DNA of 64,000 nucleotides from Mobula hypostoma (lineage: Eukaryota): assembly GCF_963921235.1 (NCBI RefSeq), contig NC_086097.1, forward strand, positions 41,170,001 to 41,234,000, read 5' to 3'. The position numbers and the translations under genes are program-made. The notes beneath the pieces were generated by a model. That model was not told where the DNA came from, made no database searches, and was given only the letters and a program-made list of their open reading frames with translations. Positions within the stretch are counted from its first letter, which is position 1, and every line of letters starts with the position of its first letter. This document shows positions 50,735 to 63,609 of this stretch, piece by piece.

Positions 50735-51045
50735 AGCAGTTAGCGCAGCACTTTACAGTGCCAGTGATCACTGATCAGTGTTGAATTCTTGCTGCTGCCT
50801 TTGAGGAGTTTGTACGCTCCTCCTGTCTGGTTTCCTCCGGGTGCTCCAGTTTCCTCCCACATTCCAAAGATGTGCAGTCAGGGATTGTGAGTTGTGAGCA
50901 TGCTATGTTGGCGCAGAAGTGTGATGGAGCTAGCAAGCTGCTGCCAGCACAATCCTCAGACTGTATTGGTCATTGACATAAAATTAAACATTTAACTGTA
51001 TACGTCGTTATTTCAACATATATGTGACAAATAAAACTAAACTTT
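50735..51045 (+). mobile_element. V-domain-type SINE with an alternative 3' tail
   Basis: tRNA-like head (tagcagttagcgc...gttgaattc); core ggtttcctccgggtgctccagtttcctcccaca; tail ending gtgacaaataaa. Confidence 0.75.
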
Positions 51046-51852
51046 AAAGATGAGTTTTAATCTTGTTATGAATCCATGGCTTCAGGCTTTTGTGTCTTCT
51101 TCTTGATTGGAGAGGGGAGAAAGGTGAATATCTGAGCTAGGTGGGGTGTTTGATCATGCTGGTTGCTTTACTGAGGCAGAGAGAAGTATAGGCAGTCCAT
51201 GGAGAGGAGGCTGGTTTCATCAGGGAACAACAGGATTTTTACTACTTCGCATTAGTACTGACTAGAAGCTGTTGTAATCACCTGGCTCATCCATTGACTG
51301 CTAATTTATCAACTGACCAATGATAATTTATCACTGTTTAAATGTATAGAACAGCAAATGTCCCAGAGGTACTCCAGAAGTGGAATGGTTTATTGTTTTC
51401 CTGCTTGTGATATATTGGCTTTCATTGAGTATTTTTTGTCCTGTTGGAGAGCTAGTTGTTCCTTTCTGCTTGTACACTTTGGTCTGGTGAGTGAGGGAGC
51501 TAGCAGCTTGCCTTCGTGCATATTCCCTGCTGATTTTAATGGATCCTGATAGATCAGCTCAACAGCACAGAAATCCCAATGAGCTAAGCACAGTTGCTCT
51601 TGATCAAATGAAAAGTGGCAAATAATGATAACTTGGGGAAGATTACAAAGCAACGCGATCTCATCAGGTGCTACAGAGGATTATAATGAATTGTAAACAC
51701 TGCCAATAAGCAGTTACATTAAACACCTAAATCTTGAGGTGAGATTACATTAGCCCAATCAATCCTAAAGTAAGACAACAGCTTCCAAATTAAGGTCAAA
51801 GCCTTGCAATTATTTCAAGTATTTGATTTTTTTAAGTAACATATCCTGTGGA

Positions 51853-54800
51853 TGGGTATGGCTGGGTATGACTCTTTTGCAACCGGTAATGAGGCCCTGA
51901 TTGGAGACTTTCAGAGCTTTGGGGAAAGTGGAGTTACCCCCTTAGTCATTCGTTGCTCCCAGGGCCGCTCTGACCCGGAAGAGCAGCAACTGCGAGGGTT
52001 CCTGCTCAGGATACGAGCAAAGGTCAACGACAGATCCGGCAGGTTCAGTAACTGTACTTATGACGGAGAAGGTGGATGAGCTAGGACCTCAAATGTCAAT
52101 GGCTATGGTACAGGCGGATGAACGTTTGGGAAGAGAAATTGCGATTTCTTTAGTTCGCCCTACGGAAGGCAATCGCAAACCACCGTTGCTAGATATTAGG
52201 TTTCTTAGAATCTATTTGCTAAGAAAACCATGGTCAAACTCACAAAATGTATCGCACAACAACAGCGACAGGAGGATCTTCAAGACAATTCTGAAGATGC
52301 TTCGCTCAGTAGGGTTGATTCTGGTCAGCAGAGGATCCCTGACCGTCATCAAGCTACTGCTCATAAAATTCAAGTAACACAAAAGAAAATTATTGCCACT
52401 TGGAATGTAAGAACCCTAGATCAAGCAGGAATATTGGACAATGTGATAAATGAAATAGAAAGTCTAAAGATTAACATCATGGGCATTAGCGAAGTTCGTT
52501 GGATAGGTGCTGGAACATGTCAGAATAGAAATAAAACACTAATTTATTCTTGTGGAACATCCCATACTAATGGAGTAGGAATTCTTATGGATGAAAACAT
52601 GGCAAAAAGTGTTTTAGGACATTGGGCAATATCAGAAAGAGTGCTCCTTGTTAGATTCAGAAGACAACCATTTGATTTAGCAATTATACAGGTATATGTA
52701 CCAACAACAGATGGAACAAATGAGGAAATAGATAAATTCTATAAAGAGCTAGAAAAAGCAAAGAATGGATGCAAATCTCAAGATATTGTTATTATCATGG
52801 GAGATCTAAATGCTAAAGTAGGACAAGGTGCTGATGGAAATACCATAGGAAAATTTGGACTAGGGGAAAGAAATGAAAGAGGTGTAGCCCCCCTGGCCAA
52901 CCTCAGGGTCGCTCGGCACGCTGTCATCTAGGAAAACAGCCCTTGGCCCCGCCAAACTGGCTAATTAGTTTGTGTGGATGCTGTGTGATGTACCCCACCC
53001 CGCCCAAATAACAGACAATACACCAGATATGATTAAATGATTTACAGTTTATAGATATTACTGGAACTATATCATTAATAGAGAATAAAATATAAAAGGA
53101 AAATAAAAGGCGCCACACTTATCAAAGTTCAATCTCTTCGTACACAAACAGTTGGAGCTCAGGACCCTTCTTCTTCACCGTGCGACCCCTCAGACCACCT
53201 CGACCGGCCGCCTGGGACCAACAACGGTGGTCGACCAGACGCCCCACACGAATCCATCTCCGTCTCCTCGCTGAACACCCTCCTCAGGCTCAGACCCCGT
53301 TAGCAGACTCACAGCACCTGGTCCATCCTCTGTCTCTCTCTCCCGCCTTCTCCCTCAAAATCCCGCGCATACAATATCTTACAGATACACCAAAAACATA
53401 ACAACTATCCCAGTTGGTTCATAACATCTTCTTATCAGTAACGTGATTCAACAAACTGCTAGCGGGAGGACTTTCTCAGCATTTAACATAACAAAGAAGC
53501 ATTCCCAAGTATAACATAACAAAGAAGCCATTTTAATTGGCCTAGGCAGTAACATAAGAGACAAAACCCCCTTACAGAGGCAAGAAATGGTGCAAGATGA
53601 ATAATCAGGTCATTATGAATACCTACTTTAAAAACCATCCAAGATGCTTGTGGACCTGGAAACGTCCAGGTGATAACACGAGAAATCAAATTGACTTTAT
53701 TACTATAAACCAAGTGACTCAATGTAAAACATATCCAAGTGCAGACTGTAATAGTGACCATAACCCAGTAGTATGTCATGTGAAAGTAAAACTAAAAAAA
53801 CTAAAGAAGCAAAAACCTGAACAATCCCTTGACTGCTTGCAATTAATTAATGAGGAAAACTTGGGACAAAAATTTACAATTGAAGTAAGGAATAGACTTC
53901 AAAGTCGAGAAATAGAATCTGTTGAAGATGATAGCAATCATGTAGAAATGATGCCTTGGTAGAATCAGCAAAGTCAGTGATTCCTAAAAAAGAAAAAAAG
54001 CACAAAGAATGAATGGATGGCAGATGAAATCAAAAATCTAATGGAAGAAAGGAGACAGAAGAAAGTAGAATATAAGTCCTTAGATAAAAAAGTTAAAAGC
54101 TTATGTCAAAAAGCCAAAGAAGAATGGTTAAACCAGGAATGTGAGCAAATAGAAAGAATCCCTTTTACTGATCCAAAAAGGTTACATCAACAAATCAAGA
54201 ATATCACTGGTAAAAAGCTCCTCTGTTCTTCAGGTGGATGTTTGAAAGCAAAGGATGGTACCATTATCATGGAAAAAGATGAGATTATGAACAGATGGAC
54301 TGAGTATATTCAGGAAACAATATTACAAAAAATAAGAGACATCTTGGGAATCAAAGTTGGTGGTGAAAACATCAATAATTTCAGATATGCTGATGACACT
54401 GTGTTAATTGCAAGTACGGAGGAAGAACTACAAAACTTAATTGATATAATTGTTGAAGAAAGTGCAAAAATGGGTCTATCTATCAATTGCAAAAAGACAG
54501 AATGTATGGTGATATCCAAAAAGAAGGAGAATCCTATCTGCAGGCTGAGAATAAACGGGGAAGACATAAAGCAAGTACAGAACTTTTGCTACTTAGGAAG
54601 CTGGGTGACATCAGATGGCAGGTGCGACATGGACATCAACAGAAGAATAGGGATGACAAAAGACACCTTTACGAGAATGAAGAGTATACTGACCAATACT
54701 AAACTAGGCATGACAACCCGTTTCAGAGTACTGAAATGTTACGATTATCCAATTATGTTATATGGATCAGAATGTTGGACAATATCTAGTAACATTAGGA

Positions 54801-55165
54801 AACAAATTGTAGCAGCAAAGATGTGGTTTTTGAGGAAGTTGCAAAGAATATCATGGACGAAACAAATATCTAATGAGGATGTCATGAACAGAGCAAACAC
54901 AAAAAGAGGAATAATGTGTGAGATCATGAAAAGGCAACGTAACTTCATTGGACGTGATTAGGTATTAGGAGTTAGAATGCACGGTAATTATGGGAAAGAT
55001 TGAAGGGAAGAAAGCAAGAGGAGAACAAAGACAAATGATGATGGAGACAGCAGCCAGAGAACTGGAAATGAATACCAATGAATTGATCCACTTGACCCGA
55101 AACAGGAGTGTGTGGGCCATGGCAGTCAAAGCTCAAACTGGGCATGGCACCTGATGATGATGATG
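51853..55165 (+). mobile_element. RTE-clade LINE with intact ends, internal RT deletion and a nested solo LTR
   Basis: 10-bp TSD ATCCTGTGGA (51843-51852, 55166-55175); ATWNVRTL, GISEVRW, GDLNAKVG, NQIDFI, SDH, RYADDT; (TGA)n tail. Confidence 0.95.
52883..53576. mobile_element. Solo LTR, 694 bp, inserted into the RTE endonuclease domain
   Basis: TGTA...TACA termini; GAGG TSD (52879-52882, 53577-53580); RTE coding sequence resumes after it. Confidence 0.9.
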
Positions 55166-56909
55166 ATCCTGTGGAGCTGGTGGTAGAAATTTATTTATTC
55201 TTCATCTTCATCACTAACATGATCATTAGCCAGGTTGTCTCAGACAGCAGATTTATAATAGCCTGCTTACAGAGAGACTGGTAGTTCCAAAAAGGAAACC
55301 TACAGCTTGTAGCTGAGGAGTGACAGCATTGCTGTACATTATATGCTGAAGGAAGGCAAGTCTACAGCAATGATGACAACTAATGATGGAACATGGGACA
55401 CTGATTTCCTCTGGTCAAATAGCATCAATATAAGAGCTAGTGGAAACCAATGGGAAATTAGGCTTCTGCACATTGCAGACAAGACAGAGAACTACAGCTG
55501 TAAATAAAATGTGTAACTTATACATTTACTGACACTGAGAGCCCTCAGATCACAGACTTCAGCAACATCAACAGCATTCTCAATTTATTTAGCTCCTTCA
55601 ACAATTCTAGTAAACCTAGAGATGCACCGGGTGTGCCTATTAGGAGCAGTGTCTCCAACTGGGATCCAGCAGAGCTTGCAAGCACTAGAAAAAGCTTGTT
55701 TTCTCCTTACTCTTTTGCTTCACTGCCCTCCCACAAAATTTGCAGGCCTCTGCAGTATCTCTTGATAAATCCCTCCCGCAATGCATTGTAACGTTACAGC
55801 CAGTAGATAATGAGAGAGAAATCCTAGTGTGTCTTATGCTGCTGAACACAAGGAAGAACATTAGCTGCCAGTGAAACTTGCTCCTGCACACTTGCTTCCA
55901 TTACAGTCAGAAGATTTTTTTATTTGAAGTATTTTTAAATATTCTAAAAACAAATTATGGCACAATTTCTACCAGTTACATTATAAGTATAATTATAGTG
56001 TAATACAACTGTTCAAAGTAATTGCTATTTACTCGGAAAATGCATAAACACTTAAACATGACTGCACAGAAACTCATTACTAGTTTGACTGTGCTAACTG
56101 CTCTATGTTGGCTGAAATGAATGAAATTGAGTTTTAAAGGCAGATACTAATGTGACCAATTTAGCATCATTAACTGGTAATGAATGTATGGGCAGTTACT
56201 CTTCATATTATCTGGGAGATATCCTTCCCTGTTTGTCACTTGTTTGGATGTCCCCACTAAGTGGCACCGAACACCTTTCCTACTGGCAGCACGCAAGCTG
56301 CCGCTCACTATTTCGGAGATAAAATGCAGACAAGGGTTTCAGATTCACAGTTTGCTTGGAAGCCCCAGACATTCAGCAGATTTTAAGGAGATTACTGGGA
56401 TTAAAGCAGTGTCACATTTTGTACCCAATGAGATACAGATTTTCCTTTAGTGCACAAATTAAAGTACTGCGAAGTTTTCAAAAAGTCAGGTCCCTAAAAC
56501 TCAGTAAGTCAGCCAATGTACCTGGAAAGAGAAACAATTAGTTATTCAGTCTTGAAACCTTCATTAGAATCCTTCATTCAGTTTTGAAGTCCTTCACAGT
56601 CCAGGTAGCAGAGAAGGTGCAGAGAGAAATGGGTGGAACAAAGGGAATTTCTCTTAGAGGGTGAAAAAATGTGGCTGCAAAGGGTCAGTAAACCCCTGTC
56701 CCTTCTGGTCCCTAAAACATAGCTGTCAATTCATTTTCAGGATGTACAAAGGCTTTACTTTAAAAATAAGGTGAACAACATCAAGGAGAGAATCAAAGAA
56801 CTGTTTGAAGCGCGTGCTCTTGTCCTGATTAATATCATTGAGCTATGCTCAGTTCTTACATTTAAGTCCCACCTGCAGGGACTGGGCTAAGCATAGTGAA
56901 TGGCATCTG

Positions 56910-58695
56910 AAGAGTAAAAGGGAGATGAGAGTTGATATTGGACCACTAGAAAATGATGCTGGTGAGGTAGTAATGGGAAACAAAGAAATGGCAGATGAAC
57001 TTAATGGGTACTTTGCATCAATCTTCACTGTGGAAGACATTAGCAATGTGCCAGAGGTCTGTGAGTGTCAGGGAGTGTCCAAGTCCCATTGCAATTGAAA
57101 GGAAAAAGTGCCAGGCAAACTCAAAGGTCTTAAGGTGGATAAGTCACCTGGACCAGATGGACTACATCCCAGAGTGCTGATAGAGGTTGCTGAAGAGATA
57201 ATGGATGCATTAGTCATGATCTTTCAAGAATCACTTGATTCTGGCATGGTTCCAGGTGACTGGAAGAATGCAAGTGTCACTCCACTCTTTAAGAAAGGAG
57301 GAAAGCAAAGGAAAGGAAATTATAGGCCAGTTGGCCTAACCTCAGTGGTTGGAAAAATGTTGGAATCTATTATTAAGGATGAGGTTTTGGGATACTTGGG
57401 GACTAATGATAAGATAAGATAAGTCAAAGTCAGCATGGTTTCTGTGAAGGGCCATCTTGCCTGACAAATCTGTTAGAGTTCTTCGAGGAAGTAACAAGCA
57501 GGGTGGACAAAAGAGAGGTAGTGGATGTCATTTACTTGGATTTTCAAAAGGCATTTGATAAGGTGCTACACATGAGGCTGCTTAATAAACTAAAATCCTT
57601 TAGTGTTACAGGAAAGATACTGACATGCATAGAGGAATAGCTGACAGGCAGGAGGCAGCGAGTGGGAATAGATGAAGCGTTTTCTGTTTGGCTGCCAGTG
57701 ACTAATGATGTTCCTCGGGTCAGTATTTGGATTGCTACTTTTCCCGTTGTTTGTCAATGAAATTGATGGTTTTGTGGCAAAGTTTTAGGATGCAACAAAG
57801 ATAGGTGGAGGGGTAGGTTGTGCTAAGGAAGCAATGTTATTGCAGCAGAACTTGTTAGAGGAATGGGCAAAAAAGTGGCAGATGGAATACAGTGTTGGGA
57901 AATGTATAATAATGCATTTTAATAAAAGGAACAATAGTGCAGACTATTATCTCACTGGAGAGAAGATTCAAACATCAGAGGTGCAGAGGGACTTGTGAGT
58001 CCTCGTGCAAGACTCCCAGAAGGTGAACTTACAGGTTGAGTCTGTGGTAAAGAAGTCAAATGCAATGTTGACATTTATTTCAAGGGGAATAGAATATAAC
58101 AGCAAATAGTTAATGCTGAGGCTTTATAAGACATTAGTCAGGCCGCACTGAGTATTGTCAACAGTTTTGGACCCCATATCTCAGAAAGGATGTGTGATCA
58201 TTAGAGAGAGTCCAGAGGAGGTTTATGAGGATGATTCTGGGAATGAAGGGGTTAACATATAAATTGCACTTGGCAGCTTTGGGCCTCTACTCACTGGAAT
58301 TTAGAGGAATGCAAGGGGATTTCATTGAAATCCACCAAATGTTGAAAGGACTAGATAAGGTGGATGTGGAGACGATGTTTCTATGGTGGAGCTATACAGA
58401 GTTAGAGAGCACAGCCTCGAAAGTGAGGGGTGACCTTTTAGAACAGAGATAAGGAGGAACTTTTTAGCCAAAAAGTACTGAATCTGTGGAATGCTGTGCC
58501 ACAAATTGTGGAGGAGGCTAAGACTGTGGGTATAGTTAAGACAGAAGTTGATTGTTTCCTGATCGGTCAGGGCATCAAAGGATATTGCGAGAAGGCACGT
58601 GTATGGAGTTGAGTGGGATCCGGGATCAGCCAAGATAGAATGGTGGAAAGTCTCAATGGGCTGAATGGCCTAATTCTGTTCCTATGTCTTATGGT
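56910..58695 (+). mobile_element. CR1 LINE ORF2, 5'-truncated
   Basis: KSPGPDGLHPRVL, NYRPVGLTSVVGK, LDFQKAFDKV, LGLYSLEFR; same family as 12885-14942. Confidence 0.92.
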
Positions 58696-60064
58696 GTTCC
58701 CAAATTTGCCAGGTCTTCAGGAAGGCTGATATCTGATTAACATTATTGATTTGATAATATAATGACAATCAAACACTAGAACAAATTTAAGATAGTCTTT
58801 TAGAATGCTACTTGCTGCAGTGTCTAGGATGGCTGTGTAGATTAAAGTTCCTATTGGAAGGTTGCTGTGTAACTTATGTATTACTGGTTGTGAACATAGA
58901 GTATGTGTCGTGTGATAACTACCTTCTGGGCTGTAGCAATACAAGTCAATGTCTCTAATGAGCCCTTGAATTGACTTTACACAGTTTGTTTGACCTCCTT
59001 TAAGTGTCTCACATGGATAAGATTCTCTGTTTTGCAGTGGACTTGGTTGGAGATAAACAATTCACTGAGAGCACATTTTGCTTTGGCAAATAAAGAAGCA
59101 TTAGAAGTACAAACTGGTTGAGGGCATTGAATAATCATACCACTGCATTATTAGGTGAATATGAGAAGTTGGTATCAGCAAGCCTGAGAAGTGGACTTGA
59201 CCATGAAGGAAAACACAGCCATTGCCTACAAAACTTTGTAACTATCGAAGTGGAATTCTGTGCAAGATGGCAGTTCAGTACCTGACTGGATGTATTGGAA
59301 ATCATTATACAATCTCTAACAGAACTAAATAAAGTGACTTTGTAGCCTCTCTTCCACTTCATTAAATGAGATAGTAATCTTCTGGTCATTGAGTGCAAGT
59401 AAATCTCCTTTTTACATTGACAATATTACTTATGTCTGGAAAAAATGTCTGTTGATTATAGAAAAACAAATGAGCTGAAGAAAGTGATTTATTTTTGTTT
59501 GTGACGGGACAGTGAGAGGGTGCAGCCATTTAGAGAGAAAATAAATCCTGGTCTCGACTGAGTATCATTGGTACTTAGCTCGATTTCTCCCTGACCTTGC
59601 CACAGTGTTGCAAGATCAGGGATCCAGTCGCATGACTCAACTTCAGCTATATGAAAAGATAGACAAACTGTGGCAGTGGAGATAACATCAGCAAATGACG
59701 TACAGTTTCTGCATGTAAAGACAGCATCTAGTTTGTCTTGGTGTATTAAACCATCAACAGATATTAAAACTTGTTTGAGATGCTTCCAGTGAGTGAGGTG
59801 AGGCAGCAATTATCAATGTAGTGGACAAAGGCCAGGAGAGACCTATTGTTCACGTGTCAGGCACAGTGACCGAAAAGTGAAAAGAGCCTTTTAATAAATA
59901 ATTACAAGCTTTTGCCAGTTCTTGCTGGGAGAACATTCTTTAATGCAGAGATGAACCATCTTACTGTCTCAAGATGACCTGAGATATTGAGTGAAGGGCA
60001 TATAAACAAAGAGGAACAGTATAGAAGCCACAATAAACACAGAAAGCAAAGGAAATCTCCCTAG

Positions 60065-60735
60065 AGCAGGGGGTTTAGACGGGGTGGAGTTTGTTAGGTG
60101 TGTTCTGGAAGGTTTCCTGACTCAATATGTAGATAAGCCTACAAGAGGAGAGGCTGCACTTGATCTGGTATTGGGAAATTAACCTGGTTAGGTGTCAGGT
60201 CTCTCAGTGGGAGAAAATCTTGTAGATAGTGATCACAATTCTACCTCCTTTACCATAGCATGGGAGAGGTATAGGAACAGACAAATAAGGGAAGTGTTTA
60301 ATTGGAGTAAGGGGGAATATGAAGCTATTCGGTAGGAAGTTGGAAGCAGAAATTGGGAACAGATGTTCACAGGGAAATGTACGGCAGAAATGTGGCAAAT
60401 TTTAAGGGGATATTTGCGTGGTGTTCTGCATATGTAGATTCCAATGAGACGGGAAAGGATAGTAGGGTACAGGAACCATGGTGTAGAAATGCTCTTGAAC
60501 ATCTAGTCAAGAAGAAAAGAAAAGCTTATGAAAGGTTAAAAAAAACTAGGTAATGATAGCAATCTAGAAAATTATAAGGCTAGTAGGAAGGAGCTTAGGA
60601 ATGAAATTAGGAGAGCCAGAAGGAACTATGAGAAGGCCGTGGCAAGCAGGATTAAAGAAAACCGCAAGGCATTCTACAAGTATGTGAAGAGCAAGAGGAT
60701 AAGACTTGAGAGAATAGGACCAATCAAATGTGACA
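60065..60735 (+). mobile_element. CR1 internal fragment (endonuclease end and linker)
   Basis: FLTQYVDKPTRGEA-LDLV, SDHN, IKEN-KAFYKYVKSKR. Confidence 0.85.
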
Positions 60736-61587
60736 GTTCGGTTTTCAATACTGTGATCCCTCCAAGCTGATCAACAAACTTCGCCAGCTTGGTATTAGCT
60801 CATCCCTCTGCAGTTGGACCTTGGACTTTCTGACTAACAGACCCCAATCAGTTAAGTTAGACAACCTCTCCTCCTCCACTCTCACCCTGAACACCGGCGT
60901 GCCTCAAGGCTGGGGGCTGAGCCCTCTTCTGTACTCCCTTTTCACCTATGGCTGCGTTCCTGTACATGGTTCTAACTCCATAATCAAGTTTGCAGATGAC
61001 ACCACGGTGGTTGGCCTGATTAGGCGAGATGATGAGACGGCCTACTGGGACGAGGTCCAGCACCCGGCCACGTGGTGTGCCGATAACAACCTGGCCCTTA
61101 ACACCTAGAAGACCAAGGAGATCATTGTGGACTTCAGGCACGCTAGAAGCCACACTCACGTTCCTATCTACGTCAATGGAGCTGTAGTGGAGCGTGTATC
61201 AAGCTTCAAATTCCTTGGTGTCCACATTTCCGATGATCTCACCTAGTCCCTGAGCTCCTCCATCCTGATCAAAAAGGCGCAACAGCGCCTTTATTTCCTG
61301 CAGATCATCAAGAAAGCTCACCTCTGTCCCAGGATACTGATGGACTTTTACCGCTGTACCATTGAGAGCATACTCACCAAATGCATCTCAGTGTGGTACG
61401 GCAATTGTCCCGTATCGGACTGCAAAGCACTCCAGCGGGTGAGGAAAACTGCCCAGCAGATTATCGGCACCTAATTGCCCACCATTGAGAACATCTACCA
61501 TAAACGCTGCCTGGGCAGGACGAGAAGCATTATCAAGGATGCATCTCACCCTAACCATGGACTTTTTACTCTCCTCCCATCCGGTAG
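60732..61587 (+). mobile_element. Rex1/Babar-type RT fragment
   Basis: [56 protein letters not shown]. Confidence 0.9.
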
Positions 61588-61589
61588 TT

Positions 61590-61970
61590 TCAGTTTCAGA
61601 AGACCCGCATCCCCCAATACTATTCTTTACAAAAACTCACTTGCCTGCCTAGTTTTCCTTTCCCTCTATTCACCTTTCTCAACCCTCCCTCCTCTACCTG
61701 GTTCCATTTGCCTATCATTCTCCCCCCCCCCCCCACTAGTTCTACCTGTCACCTACCTGCCTCCGTCTAAAGCCTTCCTCAGTTCTCTATTTGCTGGAAA
61801 TCTTCCCTTATCCCTTTCAATCCTGATGTAGGATCTTGACTTGGAAAGAGAACAAGCACTTTTTTGTTTTGCTTCCACAGGTGTTGCTTAACTCAGAGTT
61901 CTTCCAGTATTCTGTTTTTTTTTTCTATCTGGTCCGGATTCCAGCTCCTGCTGCGTCTGATTTCTGACTT
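61590..61970 (+). mobile_element. Penelope pseudo-LTR remnant, old
   Basis: Pyrimidine-rich tract, CAATCCTGATGTAGG decayed hammerhead, gagttcttccagtatt...gattccagc. Confidence 0.5.
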
Positions 61971-62881
61971 TTAGGTGGCAGAAAGCTCTTAAAGAGGCAG
62001 AGGCAAGACCCACAGTGCTAGTACTTGAGTTGCTTTGGCAGGAAAGGCTCCAGTTTTAATGTGGGTAGATCAGGGTAGTGCAGGAAGGCACTCGAGGTGA
62101 TATGAGTGTGGTGGGCCGAGGAGCCTACTTTTGTGCTGTATGATTCTATGACACTTACACCACCTGCCTGTGGCTGTCATGTAGTCATAATGTTTATGTG
62201 TCTGCTTTCTGGGAGCTATTGATAGGAAGCCCAGTGTTCAGTGTAAATCATAGGCTGGACTGTCTCAACTTGGAGATCCCTGCCTGGCATTTTTGTAGAG
62301 TGTGTGTTACTGCCAACTTATTCAACTCAAGTTTAATTCTCATTTCACCATATATGAATACAGCCAGATGAGACAGTGTTACTACGGGGTCAAGGTGCAA
62401 AAACAAATTATTGACAGTCACACGCAATAAGCACACACAAGATCATAATCACATCAAAAGAGTCCCGAGGTCCACCTCCCCCCATCACAATGCCATGGCT
62501 TGATCCCAAGTCTTCATGCATACAAGTCAACAAACTCATATAAGACATCAGTAAAAACACAATGATGCAGAATATGCATATTTATAATACAGACCCCCTC
62601 AGCCTATCGATATCATCTGTCAACCGGCCCCTGACACCTGCTGGGCAAGGCAAGGTGTGAGGCCCAGTCTTCTTCCCGACCCCTGACTCCCACTGGGTGT
62701 TTCTGCAGCTTTTATCAACCCATGGTTGAACGTACTCTAGGTTACAGAGGGTCAGGGAGCAAAAGTATTAATGAAGCAGCTGGAGGTGGTTAGACCCAGA
62801 ATATTGCTCTGGAATGCTGCTGTGATCCCCAGGGACGGGGCTGATCTTCGTGCATGGCCGTCTTCCTTTACATGAGGTATG

Positions 62882-63392
62882 CAGACATCCCACCCTGCAA
62901 AAACTCATTTCAGGGAGGTAGCACCATCAATTTGCAGGAGGCTCCAGGAATTTCTGGGAAAGGTGGGATGTCTGCAATAGAGTAGCTCCTGAGCAGCTAG
63001 CCAGCCAGTGTAAAAACGTTAGCTATGCTAATGAACAAATGACGCCTGTTAAGCTCACCTCAACATGTCTTTTACAGTCTTAAACCACCATGGGCAATAG
63101 AAAAGTCACCGTTGCAAACAGTGCAGCGAGCAACACTGTCATTATTTTTGACCCCTATTAGGCAGGGGTGCACTTTAGTGCAGTCTGGGGTGAAGTAAGT
63201 TTTATATTTTTTTTGGAACACTCTGCCATGGTGCTCTCTCTCTGTCACTCGCGCTCTCTCGCTCTCTCTCTCTCTCTCGCTGGCTCCCAAAAAAATCGAT
63301 TTCTGGGATATTGTATATAATTTGCAGGCATCAGGGAGCCGCTATCAATGCGCGGGAGACTCCCAGAATTTCTGGGAGAGGTGGGATGTCTG
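62882..63392 (-). mobile_element. Non-autonomous DNA transposon, hAT-like, with 6-bp TSD
   Basis: 13-bp TIRs CAGACATCCCACC / GGTGGGATGTCTG; GGTATG on both flanks; minus strand encodes a BED-like finger ARCTVCNGDFSIAHGG...KRH. Confidence 0.85.
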
Positions 63393-63609
63393 GGTATGAC
63401 TCCTTTTACAGGAGTGTTTTCTCTTTGATGTTTTGTCAGTTTCATTGTGTATCTTGATACCGCACTCAATCAAGCTCTGCCTTGATATCAAGTGCAGTTA
63501 CTCTCACCACATCTCTGGAACTTAGCTCTTTGGTCCAAGCAACTGGTAATGTTTGAAGCTGAGTCATGCTGCCAAATTGTGGGTCAGTGAGTCAGCTATT
63601 GGTCAGTAG

